Below the pieces are notes generated by a model. It saw only the letters and a list, made by a program, of their open reading frames with translations. It did no database searches and had not been told where the DNA came from. A stretch of 63,051 nucleotides of DNA from Candidatus Hodarchaeota archaeon (GTDB taxonomy: Archaea > Asgardarchaeota > Heimdallarchaeia > Hodarchaeales > Hodarchaeaceae): NCBI GenBank assembly GCA_016840035.1, contig JAEOTC010000065.1:1-63051 (forward strand). Reading direction: 5' to 3'. The position numbers and the translations under genes were made by a program. Each line of letters begins with the position of its first letter. The first letter of the stretch is position 1. Positions 50,577-60,888 of this stretch are shown here, piece by piece.

Positions 50577-51434
50577 CTAGTTTTTTGGTCGGGCCTCAAA
50601 AAAGATGTTGTATGCAATTTCTTCTAAACATTCCTCAACTGATCGTGATATATCAGGCTGTAATTTTACCTTTCCTGAAAACACCGCATTTATCGCATGT
50701 AGAACTTGGCTATCATTCCAGTCTTCATTCATTAAGATCTGAGTCAATTGAATTGCACCCCTAATACTAGCACCTTGTTCAAAGAAAGTAGAGATCCTTG
50801 TCTCCTCTGCAAATTGAACACACTTTCGTATTAAGCTGTTATCTGTACACTCCGTCCTTAACTTAACTATTTCTTCAGCAATCTTCCCGGTTTTGTGGGT
50901 TAAAGAAATCCTAATACATCTATCGAAGAATGCTTCAGGTAGTGGATTTGTACCAATATATTCCGATGGATTCAATGTAAAGATAGTATAAAAACCATCC
51001 TCTGCTCTTATACTTTTATATTGCGGAATTTCGATTGATCTTTCACTTGAATCCATGGCTGAAAGGGTCCCATTAACAGACTCACTAGGAGCTCGATTAA
51101 CTTCATTAAAGAAAAAAAGGCCACCATTTAACATCGCTAAAGTTAATGGACCTGGTATAAATGAGTCCTCCCCAAACCCAGATTCAATAACTAATGCTGG
51201 ATCAAACCACCCTCGAAGTTGCGTTATTGTTAGATTCTCATCCCCATCTACTCTATAAAATGGTCTTTTAAGAGCTAGGGCAACTGTTTTAGCTAATTCT
51301 GTTTTGCCCGTTCCCGATTCACCATCAATAATGATACTAATATTTTGTTCAATAGATTTCAAAATGAGAATGATTTGTTTATCTAGATCGATCAGGTTCT
51401 TTTTGCATTCCGCTAGGATTTTTTGAACTTGCAT
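50577..51434 (-). CDS. MoxR-family AAA+ ATPase
   Basis: GESGTGKT, GPL, FFNEVNRA, NP, PLPEAFFDR, SIRG. Confidence 0.9.
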   Translation of the reverse strand: MQVQKILAECKKNLIDLDKQIILILKSIEQNISIIIDGESGTGKTELAKTVALALKRPFYRVDGDENLTITQLRGWFDPALVIESGFGEDSFIPGPLTLAMLNGGLFFFNEVNRAPSESVNGTLSAMDSSERSIEIPQYKSIRAEDGFYTIFTLNPSEYIGTNPLPEAFFDRCIRISLTHKTGKIAEEIVKLRTECTDNSLIRKCVQFAEETRISTFFEQGASIRGAIQLTQILMNEDWNDSQVLHAINAVFSGKVKLQPDISRSVEECLEEIAYNIFFEARPKN

Positions 51435-51473
51435 TCTTTCACCAGATTTCTGGAAATTCTAAGATCAGAGGAT

Positions 51474-53423
51474 TTATGATTCAAGATCCAAGAAACTTCG
51501 TTTTAATGTTACAAGTTCCTTATCAGTATTATAATCAATCCACCCTTCCGATTCTAATTCCTTCATAAGTCTTTCTGCAAAAACAAGTTGAATTGCTACA
51601 GTTTTAGCCAATTCCTCAACGGAAGCTTGCTGAATATCTTGTAGTACGAAGAGAATGGCATATTTTGGATTTTTTGACAGATTAATTTTGAGTACTTCAA
51701 CGGCTTGTTTGTATTGCTTGGATTCTTCCTTTAATTTTGCTAATTGACGATTGAGAGATTCATTCTCCCCATTACTTTTTATAATCTCATCTTTGTAGGA
51801 ATTAAGTTTCTTCTCTAAGCGGACATTCTCTTCATTAGATTCGTTGAGTTGTAAACCCAGACTCTTAATCTCTACCTCGAATGTTTCTTTCTGTCTTTCA
51901 AAAGAGGCACTTTTTGTTCTGGAACCCTCGACTTCTCCCCTAATACTCTCATGTTTTTCTCTCAGCATTTCCAATTCTTTCATTGTTTCTGTTACTTCTA
52001 GGTCTTTTGTTTTCAATTGAGTTTCATTTTCAAGAATTGCTGACTTCTGTTTCTCGAAGTCAATTTTTAAGCTCGCATGTTTTTCTCGGATTTCATTTAG
52101 TGATTTTTCGATCACGTCAATTCGTTCATTTTTTCCTTGAATTTCGACTTGTAAATCTTCGTTTGAAGTTTTCAGAGTTCGATTTTCCTCTCGGGATTCT
52201 TCTTCCGCTTTTTTCGCTTCTTTTAGTCGAGATTGCATTTTTGCTATCTGAGAATCTTTTTCGTCCATTTCCTGTTGTGTGTGTGTTAGATTACCTTCAA
52301 CTTTCTCCCTAGAGGACTCGCTTGAGGCTAATCGATTTTTAAATTCGGCTTTTTCATTTTCTAAGGATTCAATTTTAGTTTCAAGTTCACTAATGCGGTG
52401 GTTTAGGTCATCAGTTTCTATATTTCTCTGATCAAGATGAGCTTTGGATTCTTCCAATTCTTTACGGACAGTCAGTGCCTCTTCGGTGGTTTCCCCCGAA
52501 TCAATTAAAAGATCTTCATTTTCTTTTTCCAAAAGCTGATTTTTTTCTTCTAATTCGGATAGAGTACTTTTTAGGTCGCTAATTTGTGAGTTCAGCATCT
52601 TTGTTTCTTCTTGTAAATCATCAGCGTGCTTTGATGTCAGTTTCTTTACTTTATCAACTTCTTTCTGGAATACTGATTTTAGATTCGATACTTCCTCACT
52701 CAATTTTTTGTTTTGCTCTTTAAGGGTTACATTTTCTTCTGTGTGACTGGTAAGTACCTGCACTTCCGATTTTAAGTTCTCTACCTCAATATCTTTATTT
52801 CCAATCACAGTTTGTAATTCTTCAATCTCTAAACGGGTCGTCATCAATGTGTTACCAATAACTTCATATTCTGCTTCAATTTTGTCTCTTTCTAACTTAA
52901 TTTGCTTTGTTTCCCTTTGAGCTTCATCATATAACTCTTGCAGTCGATTTATCTCTTCTAATTGTTCCTGATATTTTTCAGTACTCGTACCAGTTTTTGA
53001 GTTCAATTCAGATATTTGTGAGTCTTTTTCGTTTAATAATGATTCTAATTCTTCTATTCGTGCTTCAAAATGTGATGTATCTGGGGATTGTTGCCTTAAA
53101 GTATTTATTTCCTCCTTTAATTGTTGTAATTCACTCTTTGAAATAAAAGTGGAATCAGATTCGGGTTGTAGGAGGTCAATATTATCGAGATCTTTCAAAC
53201 CTCTTTTTGAAAATTCAGTATGAGCATCCTTGTTGAATGCAATCATTTTTTCTTTTAGACTCTCAATAACTTCTTCGACATCTTGTATCGTATAGTATGA
53301 TTTTGGTCGTGCTTGAAGCTTCATCACACTACTCTTCATTTCAGAGGAAATCTCATGTTCCATCTTACGAGCTTGTTCGGCAATACTCTTAATGAAAGCA
53401 AGTTTAGGATTATTACTGGCCAA
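51474..53423 (-). CDS. Long coiled-coil protein with C-terminal winged helix
   Basis: About 500 aa of heptad-rich E/K/L sequence; C-terminal PKYAILFVL...SVEELAKTV...LMKELESEGWI; no Walker motifs. Confidence 0.8.
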   Translation of the reverse strand: MASNNPKLAFIKSIAEQARKMEHEISSEMKSSVMKLQARPKSYYTIQDVEEVIESLKEKMIAFNKDAHTEFSKRGLKDLDNIDLLQPESDSTFISKSELQQLKEEINTLRQQSPDTSHFEARIEELESLLNEKDSQISELNSKTGTSTEKYQEQLEEINRLQELYDEAQRETKQIKLERDKIEAEYEVIGNTLMTTRLEIEELQTVIGNKDIEVENLKSEVQVLTSHTEENVTLKEQNKKLSEEVSNLKSVFQKEVDKVKKLTSKHADDLQEETKMLNSQISDLKSTLSELEEKNQLLEKENEDLLIDSGETTEEALTVRKELEESKAHLDQRNIETDDLNHRISELETKIESLENEKAEFKNRLASSESSREKVEGNLTHTQQEMDEKDSQIAKMQSRLKEAKKAEEESREENRTLKTSNEDLQVEIQGKNERIDVIEKSLNEIREKHASLKIDFEKQKSAILENETQLKTKDLEVTETMKELEMLREKHESIRGEVEGSRTKSASFERQKETFEVEIKSLGLQLNESNEENVRLEKKLNSYKDEIIKSNGENESLNRQLAKLKEESKQYKQAVEVLKINLSKNPKYAILFVLQDIQQASVEELAKTVAIQLVFAERLMKELESEGWIDYNTDKELVTLKRSFLDLES

Positions 53424-53569
53424 AGTTTAGGACCCTCAAATATTTTTCACTGAATACATGAATCGCGAATATATTCAGCACTTTAGATAATTAGATTCTG
53501 CAATTATCACTAGACAGATAATTCTCCTTTTTAAAATAACGGTTTAATATCTATCGAAAATTAGAGTAA

Positions 53570-54148
53570 TTATTCTTCGGGAGTTTCTTCAGTAGGAACC
53601 ATATTTTCTTTTAACTGATTTAGTTCTTTTTGAAAATCTTCAAAACGGCCTTGATAGAGATTTAAAAATGCCAAATCAAGGTGAGAAGTTCCTGTCTGAG
53701 GATCATATCCAATAGTTGATAACAATTTGAAATTCTTCTGCTGAACTGACTTTAAGAACTGGGGTAATTCTTCTAAATTCTTACTTACGGCATCAAGCAC
53801 CTTTAATGCACTTTTTTCATTAGTTGTAAGATTTTGGGTAAAGGATTCAACCTGAGGTAAAATAATAATCCGTAAACGACTTCGAATTTCATCCTTACTA
53901 AGGGTAGAATCAATAGCTAACTTCTTCACCCAGTCTACAATGGTTTCAAAATTACGTAAACCATTTTTCTGTAACTTAATCCAATTCAATAGAGTTTCTA
54001 AAACGTCTTCAACAGTACCTAATTGTTTGTACAACTCATCAGACTCTTCCAATGTAGTATCAATTTGAGATTTAAGCAATGACAGAGAGTCGAATACTTC
54101 TTCGAAATAATCTTGGTAGGATCTTGATTCGTCGTCTAAGGGTTCCAT
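53570..54148 (-). CDS. Hypothetical alpha-helical protein
   Basis: 192-aa ORF co-oriented with its neighbours. Confidence 0.7.
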   Translation of the reverse strand: MEPLDDESRSYQDYFEEVFDSLSLLKSQIDTTLEESDELYKQLGTVEDVLETLLNWIKLQKNGLRNFETIVDWVKKLAIDSTLSKDEIRSRLRIIILPQVESFTQNLTTNEKSALKVLDAVSKNLEELPQFLKSVQQKNFKLLSTIGYDPQTGTSHLDLAFLNLYQGRFEDFQKELNQLKENMVPTEETPEE

Positions 54149-54301
54149 ATTAGTTTCACGTCTTAACAGTGGATAAAAGAGAGTAAAGCCTAACTAAAGT
54201 CGATTTCTACAATATTTTAGGACGTTGGACATTTAAAGCTATTCATACTTTGAATGCCTAGAGAGGTGAGGTTTGAAAGAAAAATAATCAGAGTTCTGGA
54301 A

Positions 54302-56683
54302 TTAAATAAGTTTTGCTTGAATTAAGGGTATTTGGCCTATTGATATACAACCATCTCCACATGGAATTTGTCTGTGATATATTGGAGTATATTTCTTGTC
54401 CGAATCGTTTAGACTTTTGTAAAATTCTGTAAATATTGTTTGATTATAGCCCACTCCTCCCGATAATCCAATTTTATTTATCCCATGCTTTTCAGCTTGC
54501 AGAATCGAAACCTGTGCAATAGTTTTAGCAAGAGCTTTCTCCGCTGCATGTGCTAATGAATGTCGATTTCCTCCCTGTTGTAAACTATTCCAAACGTTTA
54601 AAATAAGCTCACTCGTTTTTATTTCAATAGAATCATTACCTTTCGTGTGATAAGGGATATCAATATCGAGTATTGAACCCTGAGATCCGTATTTGGCAAA
54701 AGATTCCAATTTAATTGCTGGTTCTCCCTCATAGGTGCGATATCTCGAAGCTCCTAGCATTACACTTAGTATATCAAGAACACGTCCACAACTAGATGTT
54801 AAGTGATGAGGAGGAAGATTCGGCTTATCAATTTGATTTTTTATAGATTTCAACAGAAAGGAATAGTTTTCCAAATTCGTGATCCATTTTAGCCATGACA
54901 TCGAATTTAAATTTCTAGTGACTTCTTCTGGAGGTAGAAATGAAAGAAGGCTTGCGAGTAATGCTCGATGAGGTGTTTTTATGGCAGAATCCCCTCCTGG
55001 AATAGCTAGAACTTCGAGATGACCCACTCTTTCGTATCCAGAATAATTTCCCATCAATATCTCCCCGCCCCATATTGTTCCATCAGCTCCAAAACCTGTT
55101 CCATCTAAAGTTGCACATATAATGGTCTCCTCAATATCAACTCCCGCATCAATTGCTAAGGCGCTCAGATGTGCGTGATGGTGCTGAAATTGGTAAAATT
55201 TAGTACCATATTTGCTAGCCCATTGATTTCCAAGAGTTGTCGATGAGAATTGAGGGTGTAAATCGCCTCCAATTCCATGAATGTCTTCAATTCCGAGTAA
55301 TGACATCATATGGTTCAGACTAGATTGAAGGAATTCGATATTTTCTAAGGTACTCAGATGCCCGATATGTTGTGTCGCAAATACTCTTTTCCCTAGTCCA
55401 ATAGCTCCAACTGAGTGCATTTCGGCACCTAGAGCTAATACGGGTGGAAAATTTTTTTTCATAGGAATTGAGATGGGTTCAGGAACGTAACCTCTACTTC
55501 TTCGTATTATTAATGGATATTCTTGATTATTGAACGAATGAAGACGCAGAACACTGTCATCAATACGTTGATAGATTTTTCTGTCATGAAGGAGAAAGTA
55601 ATCCGCGATATCTGACAAATTTCTCTGGATTTGTTCATTTTCAATGAGTATTGGCATGTTAGAAGGATTTCCTGAAGTCATTACTAATGCAGGATCTTTT
55701 AGAGTCTCAAATAATGTCACATGAATCCCTGCATAAGGATAAAGGACGCCAATATTGTGTAAGTTCGGAGCAATATGTTTTGAGAGGGGATACTCTTCCC
55801 TTTTATCTAGTAGTAATATTGGTCTTATGTATGAATTTAGAAATTTCTCCTCAAGCTCTGAACAGTAGGCATATTGATTCACAGCTTCACGACTACCAGA
55901 CATAACAGCAAATGGTTTATCTCCTCTTGCGCCCTTCCAAGACCTTATTTTTACGATTGGATCATCGATTACTGTTCGACAAGCAATATGCGTTCCCCCT
56001 ATTCCCTTAATCGCAACAATGTTCCCTTCATTGAGAAGTTTTGAAGGCTCATTTTCATTCCCTCTAAAGTTCTCGGGAGAGAGAATAAGATCCCCTTTTT
56101 TATCAAGTAATTTGAATTGAGGTCCACAATCCCAACAACAGGTAGTTTGTGCATGAAATCTTCTATCAGTAGGATTCGTATATTCTGATAAACACTTGGA
56201 ACAAAGAGGAAAGTCTTCCATTACCGTTCTAGGACGGTCATAAGGTAGAGAAGTAATAACCGAATATCTTGGGCCACAATCCACACAGGACGTAAAAGCA
56301 TAATTCTTCCGTCGAATATCGACTCCCATTTCCAGAATGCATTTATCACAAATTGGTAAATCGGGAGGAATATAGGATCCTTCATTTCCACGAGCTAAAG
56401 TGCTTTCTGCAATACGGAAATTCTCAAAAAGGGTATGATGGATATTTTCCTTGTGAAATTTTGTATTAAATTTATCATATTTCGCTAAAGATGGTTTTTT
56501 CTCGTCTAAATCCTGAATAAAAGAATCGATCTGTTCTTTCGATCCTTTTACTTGGATCTCTACTCCTGCATCACCTCGATTAAGAACAAATCCCACTAGT
56601 TTATGTTCTATTGCAAGATTATACACGAATGGCCTGAAACCGATACCTTGAACAACACCATTTATTATAATTTGGCAGTACAT
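54302..56683 (-). CDS. hypF: Carbamoyltransferase HypF
   Basis: GVVQGIGFRPFVY acylphosphatase domain, two zinc fingers (CDKC..CVDCGPR, CSKC..CWDCGP), KGIGG, QHHHAH, DGTGFG, GDG.IS.GQ. Confidence 0.96.
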   Translation of the reverse strand: MYCQIIINGVVQGIGFRPFVYNLAIEHKLVGFVLNRGDAGVEIQVKGSKEQIDSFIQDLDEKKPSLAKYDKFNTKFHKENIHHTLFENFRIAESTLARGNEGSYIPPDLPICDKCILEMGVDIRRKNYAFTSCVDCGPRYSVITSLPYDRPRTVMEDFPLCSKCLSEYTNPTDRRFHAQTTCCWDCGPQFKLLDKKGDLILSPENFRGNENEPSKLLNEGNIVAIKGIGGTHIACRTVIDDPIVKIRSWKGARGDKPFAVMSGSREAVNQYAYCSELEEKFLNSYIRPILLLDKREEYPLSKHIAPNLHNIGVLYPYAGIHVTLFETLKDPALVMTSGNPSNMPILIENEQIQRNLSDIADYFLLHDRKIYQRIDDSVLRLHSFNNQEYPLIIRRSRGYVPEPISIPMKKNFPPVLALGAEMHSVGAIGLGKRVFATQHIGHLSTLENIEFLQSSLNHMMSLLGIEDIHGIGGDLHPQFSSTTLGNQWASKYGTKFYQFQHHHAHLSALAIDAGVDIEETIICATLDGTGFGADGTIWGGEILMGNYSGYERVGHLEVLAIPGGDSAIKTPHRALLASLLSFLPPEEVTRNLNSMSWLKWITNLENYSFLLKSIKNQIDKPNLPPHHLTSSCGRVLDILSVMLGASRYRTYEGEPAIKLESFAKYGSQGSILDIDIPYHTKGNDSIEIKTSELILNVWNSLQQGGNRHSLAHAAEKALAKTIAQVSILQAEKHGINKIGLSGGVGYNQTIFTEFYKSLNDSDKKYTPIYHRQIPCGDGCISIGQIPLIQAKLI

Positions 56684-56835
56684 ATTCTTACCTCGATAAT
56701 GAGTATGTTTTTAGGGGGTATCAGACCGAGAGAGTTCAATCTTCCACAAGTTGTTTGGGAATATCAATCCATAATATTTTTTACTCTTTCACTTTTTATG
56801 TCTCCCATTCAGTTATTTTGGTGGAACTATATACA

Positions 56836-57093
56836 ATGTGTTTAGCTATTCCAGCACAAGTCCAAGAATTTCTTGATGAACAGATGATAATTGCTGATTT
56901 TGGCCGTGGGGTGAAAAGAGAGGTAAGCATTGCATTGTTAGGAGAAAAGTTAGAAATTGGGGATTGGATTCTTATCCATACTGGGTATGCTGTGTCAATA
57001 ATGTCTCCAGAGGAAGCAAGAGAAACGTTGGAACTTTGGGAGGAATTGTGGGAATCTGAAGAAAAGGAGAAAGGAAATTTAAGACAATCTTAA
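56836..57093 (+). CDS. hypC: Hydrogenase maturation chaperone HypC
   Basis: MCLAIPA N-terminus (true start 56836, not 56755), GDWILIHTGYA. Confidence 0.95.
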   Translation: MCLAIPAQVQEFLDEQMIIADFGRGVKREVSIALLGEKLEIGDWILIHTGYAVSIMSPEEARETLELWEELWESEEKEKGNLRQS

Positions 57094-58133
57094 CAAACTC
57101 GAGGAATTGGTTCTCCTACGGGTTTATCTAAAATCCTATGACCACCAATTGCTGTTTTAAGAAGGACTTGACCTTTTCGTGTACTTTTAACTTGACCAAT
57201 CACTGAGGCATTGAGGCCTAATTGATGGGATTTTAGTAATTTGATTACCTGTTCAGCATCTTCAGGATGGACAGCAATAATTGCTTTTCCCTCGCAGGAT
57301 ACATTCAATGGATCAATCCCGAAGATATCAGAAACTATCTTTACATCTTCGGAAATGGGTATTGATGCTTCATCAATCCAAATAGACACATTGGATTTTC
57401 TCGCCCACTCAGTTAGTACTCCTGTCAATCCACCACGAGTAGGATCTTTCATTGCATGTACACGAAATTTCAATATCGGTTGGATTAGCGGTAATAATGA
57501 AGCTACATCAGATTGTAAGTCCGTTTCAAGTTCTATCCCCTCTCTAGTAACCAGCATTGCAAAACCATGATCTCCAAGTGTACCTGTTGATATGATAACA
57601 TCGTTTGGTTGAAGTGAGCTATCAGTAATTCGCAAACCTGACGGTACTTCTCCAAGACCTGTAGTGTTAATTATTAACCCCGCTTCATCCATAGATCCAA
57701 TAGGCATTACTTTTGTATCTCCTGCTACGATACCAATATTGTACTTTTCGGTGATATCTACAATCGTTGTAATAACCTTATCTAATTCACTAAATTTCAG
57801 TCCTTCTCGGATTACTAATGCTAGTGTCATTGCAATCGGTCGAGCTCCCATCATGAGAAGATCATTTATTGTTCCAGCAGCAGCCAAATCACCAATATTA
57901 CCTCCACGAAAGAATAAAGGTGATACAGTATATGAATCGGTGGTTAAAACTAAATCAATGGATTGGTCAGGGAGAGGGATGATTGCCCCATCGTCATATG
58001 ATTCTACTCCAATTCCGTCTTGAGAGATTCTTTTTGTTTTAATACGACCTGTGATAAATTCAATAAGAATATCCATTTTTTTCCCACCCTGTCCCATATC
58101 TAATTCCACAATTTCGTAATCAAGTGCATCCAA
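57090..58133 (-). CDS. hypE: Hydrogenase maturation protein HypE
   Basis: TTDSYTVSPLFF, GTINDL, GDTKV, DPTRGG, C-terminal PRVC. Confidence 0.96.
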   Translation of the reverse strand: MDALDYEIVELDMGQGGKKMDILIEFITGRIKTKRISQDGIGVESYDDGAIIPLPDQSIDLVLTTDSYTVSPLFFRGGNIGDLAAAGTINDLLMMGARPIAMTLALVIREGLKFSELDKVITTIVDITEKYNIGIVAGDTKVMPIGSMDEAGLIINTTGLGEVPSGLRITDSSLQPNDVIISTGTLGDHGFAMLVTREGIELETDLQSDVASLLPLIQPILKFRVHAMKDPTRGGLTGVLTEWARKSNVSIWIDEASIPISEDVKIVSDIFGIDPLNVSCEGKAIIAVHPEDAEQVIKLLKSHQLGLNASVIGQVKSTRKGQVLLKTAIGGHRILDKPVGEPIPRVC

Positions 58134-58292
58134 AACTATTGGCCATCCTTATGAGCAACAACGTACTTTTGAAAGGTTTTCGTGGTTTAATCTCGAATAT
58201 TTATTCGAAAAAATACTCTTTTTAATTCATATGTGCTTCTTTGGTTTCATTATATCAATAACTTGGTTTTGAGAAAATAGAGGTTTTTTCCA

Positions 58293-59858
58293 ATGATTCC
58301 AATGCAACACGATACTGCATTCTATAATGGTAAAATAATTACACTTAACGAGAGTAATGATATTGTAGATATGGTTACTATAACCAATGGAAGATTCAGT
58401 TACATTGGAAGGTATAATCAAGAGCTAATAAACAATTCCAATAAATCTGTGGATTTAAAAGGGAAAACACTCCTTCCGGGATTTATAGATCTACATACAC
58501 ATCTTTGGACTGAATCAAGTGTTATCGATATCGATCTAACGGGGGTTCCAACATACAAAGAGACGATTTCAAAGGTTAAGAATAGCATTTCTACAAAAGA
58601 TCCAGGAGAATGGATTTTTTTTGCTGGGTGGGATGAATCTTTTTGGACAGATAAGAAAGAGTTTCCCACGCTAAGTGAATTGGATGCAATAAGCAAAATA
58701 AATCCTCTTTATATGAAAAGAGAAGATGGACATCTTGTGGTTGTTAACTCTTTAGCACTAAAACAGTTACCTATTTCATTATCTCACAAAGGTGTTATGA
58801 AAGATAAGAATGGAAAACCAACTGGAGTTTTAAAAGATGTATGGCTCGATTTAACCTCTTACTACCAGAATCTAATTCCTAAGAGTATTAAAGAATCGTG
58901 TAAGATTGCAACCTCTGTAGGAATTACAGCTGTGGTAGATAATCTTACAATTATGCCAGAAGGTCAGAAGAACATATTGAGGGAATATTTTGAGCTAGAT
59001 AACAACAAGGATCTACAAATACGCGTTTTTCTCAATCCTACTCGTAGTTTAATGAAGAATTATGTTGATCAGGGAATACGTCGGAATCAAGGGGGCAATT
59101 TGTTACTTTACTCTGGGTATAAAGGATTTTTTGACGGAGCTATAGGATCACATACGGCCCTCACTTCTTTTGACTATATAGATATAGGAGGTAGGGGTGA
59201 TATATTTCTAGATGAAGCTGAATTGATATCACAAGTTGAGTATGCCGAAAAAAATGAATGTACGTTATGTATTCACGCAATCGGTGATCAAGCAATAGAG
59301 AGATTGTTGGATTGTTTCGAGGATGGGATAAGAAAAGCTGGAAATAACCAAACAACACGAAAACACAGAATTGAACATGCAGAGATGATAACTGACAATC
59401 AGATTCTTCGTGCAAAGAAATTAGGAATTATCCTTTCAATGCAACCTAATTTTTTGAAATGGCAATATCCTGGAGAACTATACGAACAACGGTTTGGGAG
59501 AGACAGAATATATACACTGAATCGGTTTAATCAAATTATAAAATTGGGAGCACACTTATCCTTTGGTTCAGATAATATGCCTCTCTCCCCATTATATGGG
59601 ATACATGAAGCTGTCAACTTTCCTTCCGAAGAAATTAAAATCTCTATTGAAGAAGCATTAAAGGCATACTCAATAAATAATGCGATTGCTTTGTCTGTAG
59701 ATGATTGGTTAGGCAATATCAAGGAGAATAAAATAGCAGATTTCATTATATTAAATAAATCTCCGTTCGATGTTGATTCTAGCGAGATCCGTAATCTTAA
59801 GGTTATACAGACTTATGTCAATGGGAAATGTGTATACGATGTAGAAGCTCGGGGTTAA
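58293..59858 (+). CDS. Amidohydrolase 3 family (YtcJ-like)
   Basis: PGFIDLHTH, DGH, K.F.DG, HAIGD, RIEHA, GSD. Confidence 0.9.
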   Translation: MIPMQHDTAFYNGKIITLNESNDIVDMVTITNGRFSYIGRYNQELINNSNKSVDLKGKTLLPGFIDLHTHLWTESSVIDIDLTGVPTYKETISKVKNSISTKDPGEWIFFAGWDESFWTDKKEFPTLSELDAISKINPLYMKREDGHLVVVNSLALKQLPISLSHKGVMKDKNGKPTGVLKDVWLDLTSYYQNLIPKSIKESCKIATSVGITAVVDNLTIMPEGQKNILREYFELDNNKDLQIRVFLNPTRSLMKNYVDQGIRRNQGGNLLLYSGYKGFFDGAIGSHTALTSFDYIDIGGRGDIFLDEAELISQVEYAEKNECTLCIHAIGDQAIERLLDCFEDGIRKAGNNQTTRKHRIEHAEMITDNQILRAKKLGIILSMQPNFLKWQYPGELYEQRFGRDRIYTLNRFNQIIKLGAHLSFGSDNMPLSPLYGIHEAVNFPSEEIKISIEEALKAYSINNAIALSVDDWLGNIKENKIADFIILNKSPFDVDSSEIRNLKVIQTYVNGKCVYDVEARG

Positions 59859-59899
59859 TGGGAAAATAGATGTTTCATTAGCTGAAGGATGTAAAAGAG

Positions 59900-60883
59900 T
59901 TGCAAAATAGACCAAGAGTAGTATTAACACATAAAATCCCTGAAAAAGGTTTAAATCTTTTAAGAGATGATTTTGAAGTAATAATTCTGGATCCTAGTAA
60001 GTCTATACCTGAACAATTAAAAGAACAATTACCCTCAGCCCACTATCTTGTCCCTCTTCTTTCTGTTGAAATTGGGCATGATCTAATTAAAAATTCATCC
60101 AATTTAAAAGGTATAGCAAACTATGCTGTAGGATATAATAATATAGATATTAGATCTGCAAAAGAATATGGAATTTTAGTAACTAATACTCCAGATGTGT
60201 TGACTAATGCTACTGCAGATTTAACCTGGGGATTAATACTAGCTGTCACAAGAAGAATCATTGAAGCTGAAAGGGAATGTCGAAATCCAGAATTTCAAGA
60301 ATGGGCACCTGAATTCATGCTCGGATATGAACTATCAGGAAAAACACTTGGTATTCTAGGAATGGGACGGATAGGAAGAGCAGTTGCCCAAAGGGGGATA
60401 GGTTTTGGTATGGAAATCTGCTATTATTCTCGATCAGCGGTAAAAACTCTTCCCAAAACAAAGAACATGCAATATATTTCCAATCTGACTGAATTCCTCC
60501 AGTTATCAGATATTATAAGTTTACATGTGCCCTACACTGCAGAAACACATCATCTGATCGGAGAGAAGGAGCTAAAATTAATGAAAAGTACATCATTCTT
60601 GATAAACACAGCACGGGGTAAGGTAATTGATGAAATTGCCCTGATAAAGGCGTTAAGAAATAAAGACATTGCTGGATCGGGATTAGATGTTTTTTACGAT
60701 GAGCCAAAAGTCCCAAGGGGATTACGAGATTTAAATAACGTAGTAATGACTCCCCATATAGGATCCGCGACACGAGAAGCTCGTGATGCGATGTCAGTCA
60801 TGGTTGCAGAGAATATTCATGCAATGGAAAAAGGATTGATACCCCCAAATTTGGTCCAAGAAATGAAAAAAGAAAGAGAATGA
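59900..60883 (+). CDS. D-2-hydroxyacid dehydrogenase (glyoxylate reductase / D-glycerate dehydrogenase)
   Basis: VGYNNID, TNTPDVL, GMGRIG, NTARG, LDVFYDEP, PHIGSA. Confidence 0.92.
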   Translation: MQNRPRVVLTHKIPEKGLNLLRDDFEVIILDPSKSIPEQLKEQLPSAHYLVPLLSVEIGHDLIKNSSNLKGIANYAVGYNNIDIRSAKEYGILVTNTPDVLTNATADLTWGLILAVTRRIIEAERECRNPEFQEWAPEFMLGYELSGKTLGILGMGRIGRAVAQRGIGFGMEICYYSRSAVKTLPKTKNMQYISNLTEFLQLSDIISLHVPYTAETHHLIGEKELKLMKSTSFLINTARGKVIDEIALIKALRNKDIAGSGLDVFYDEPKVPRGLRDLNNVVMTPHIGSATREARDAMSVMVAENIHAMEKGLIPPNLVQEMKKERE

Positions 60884-60888
60884 GGAAA

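Noticed and set aside
51474-53423. SMC/Rad50 call
   Set aside because: No Walker A/B, signature motif, hinge or zinc hook.
56755-56835. N-terminal extension of HypC in the ORF track
   Set aside because: HypC needs Cys2 at its N-terminus, so the start is the ATG at 56836.
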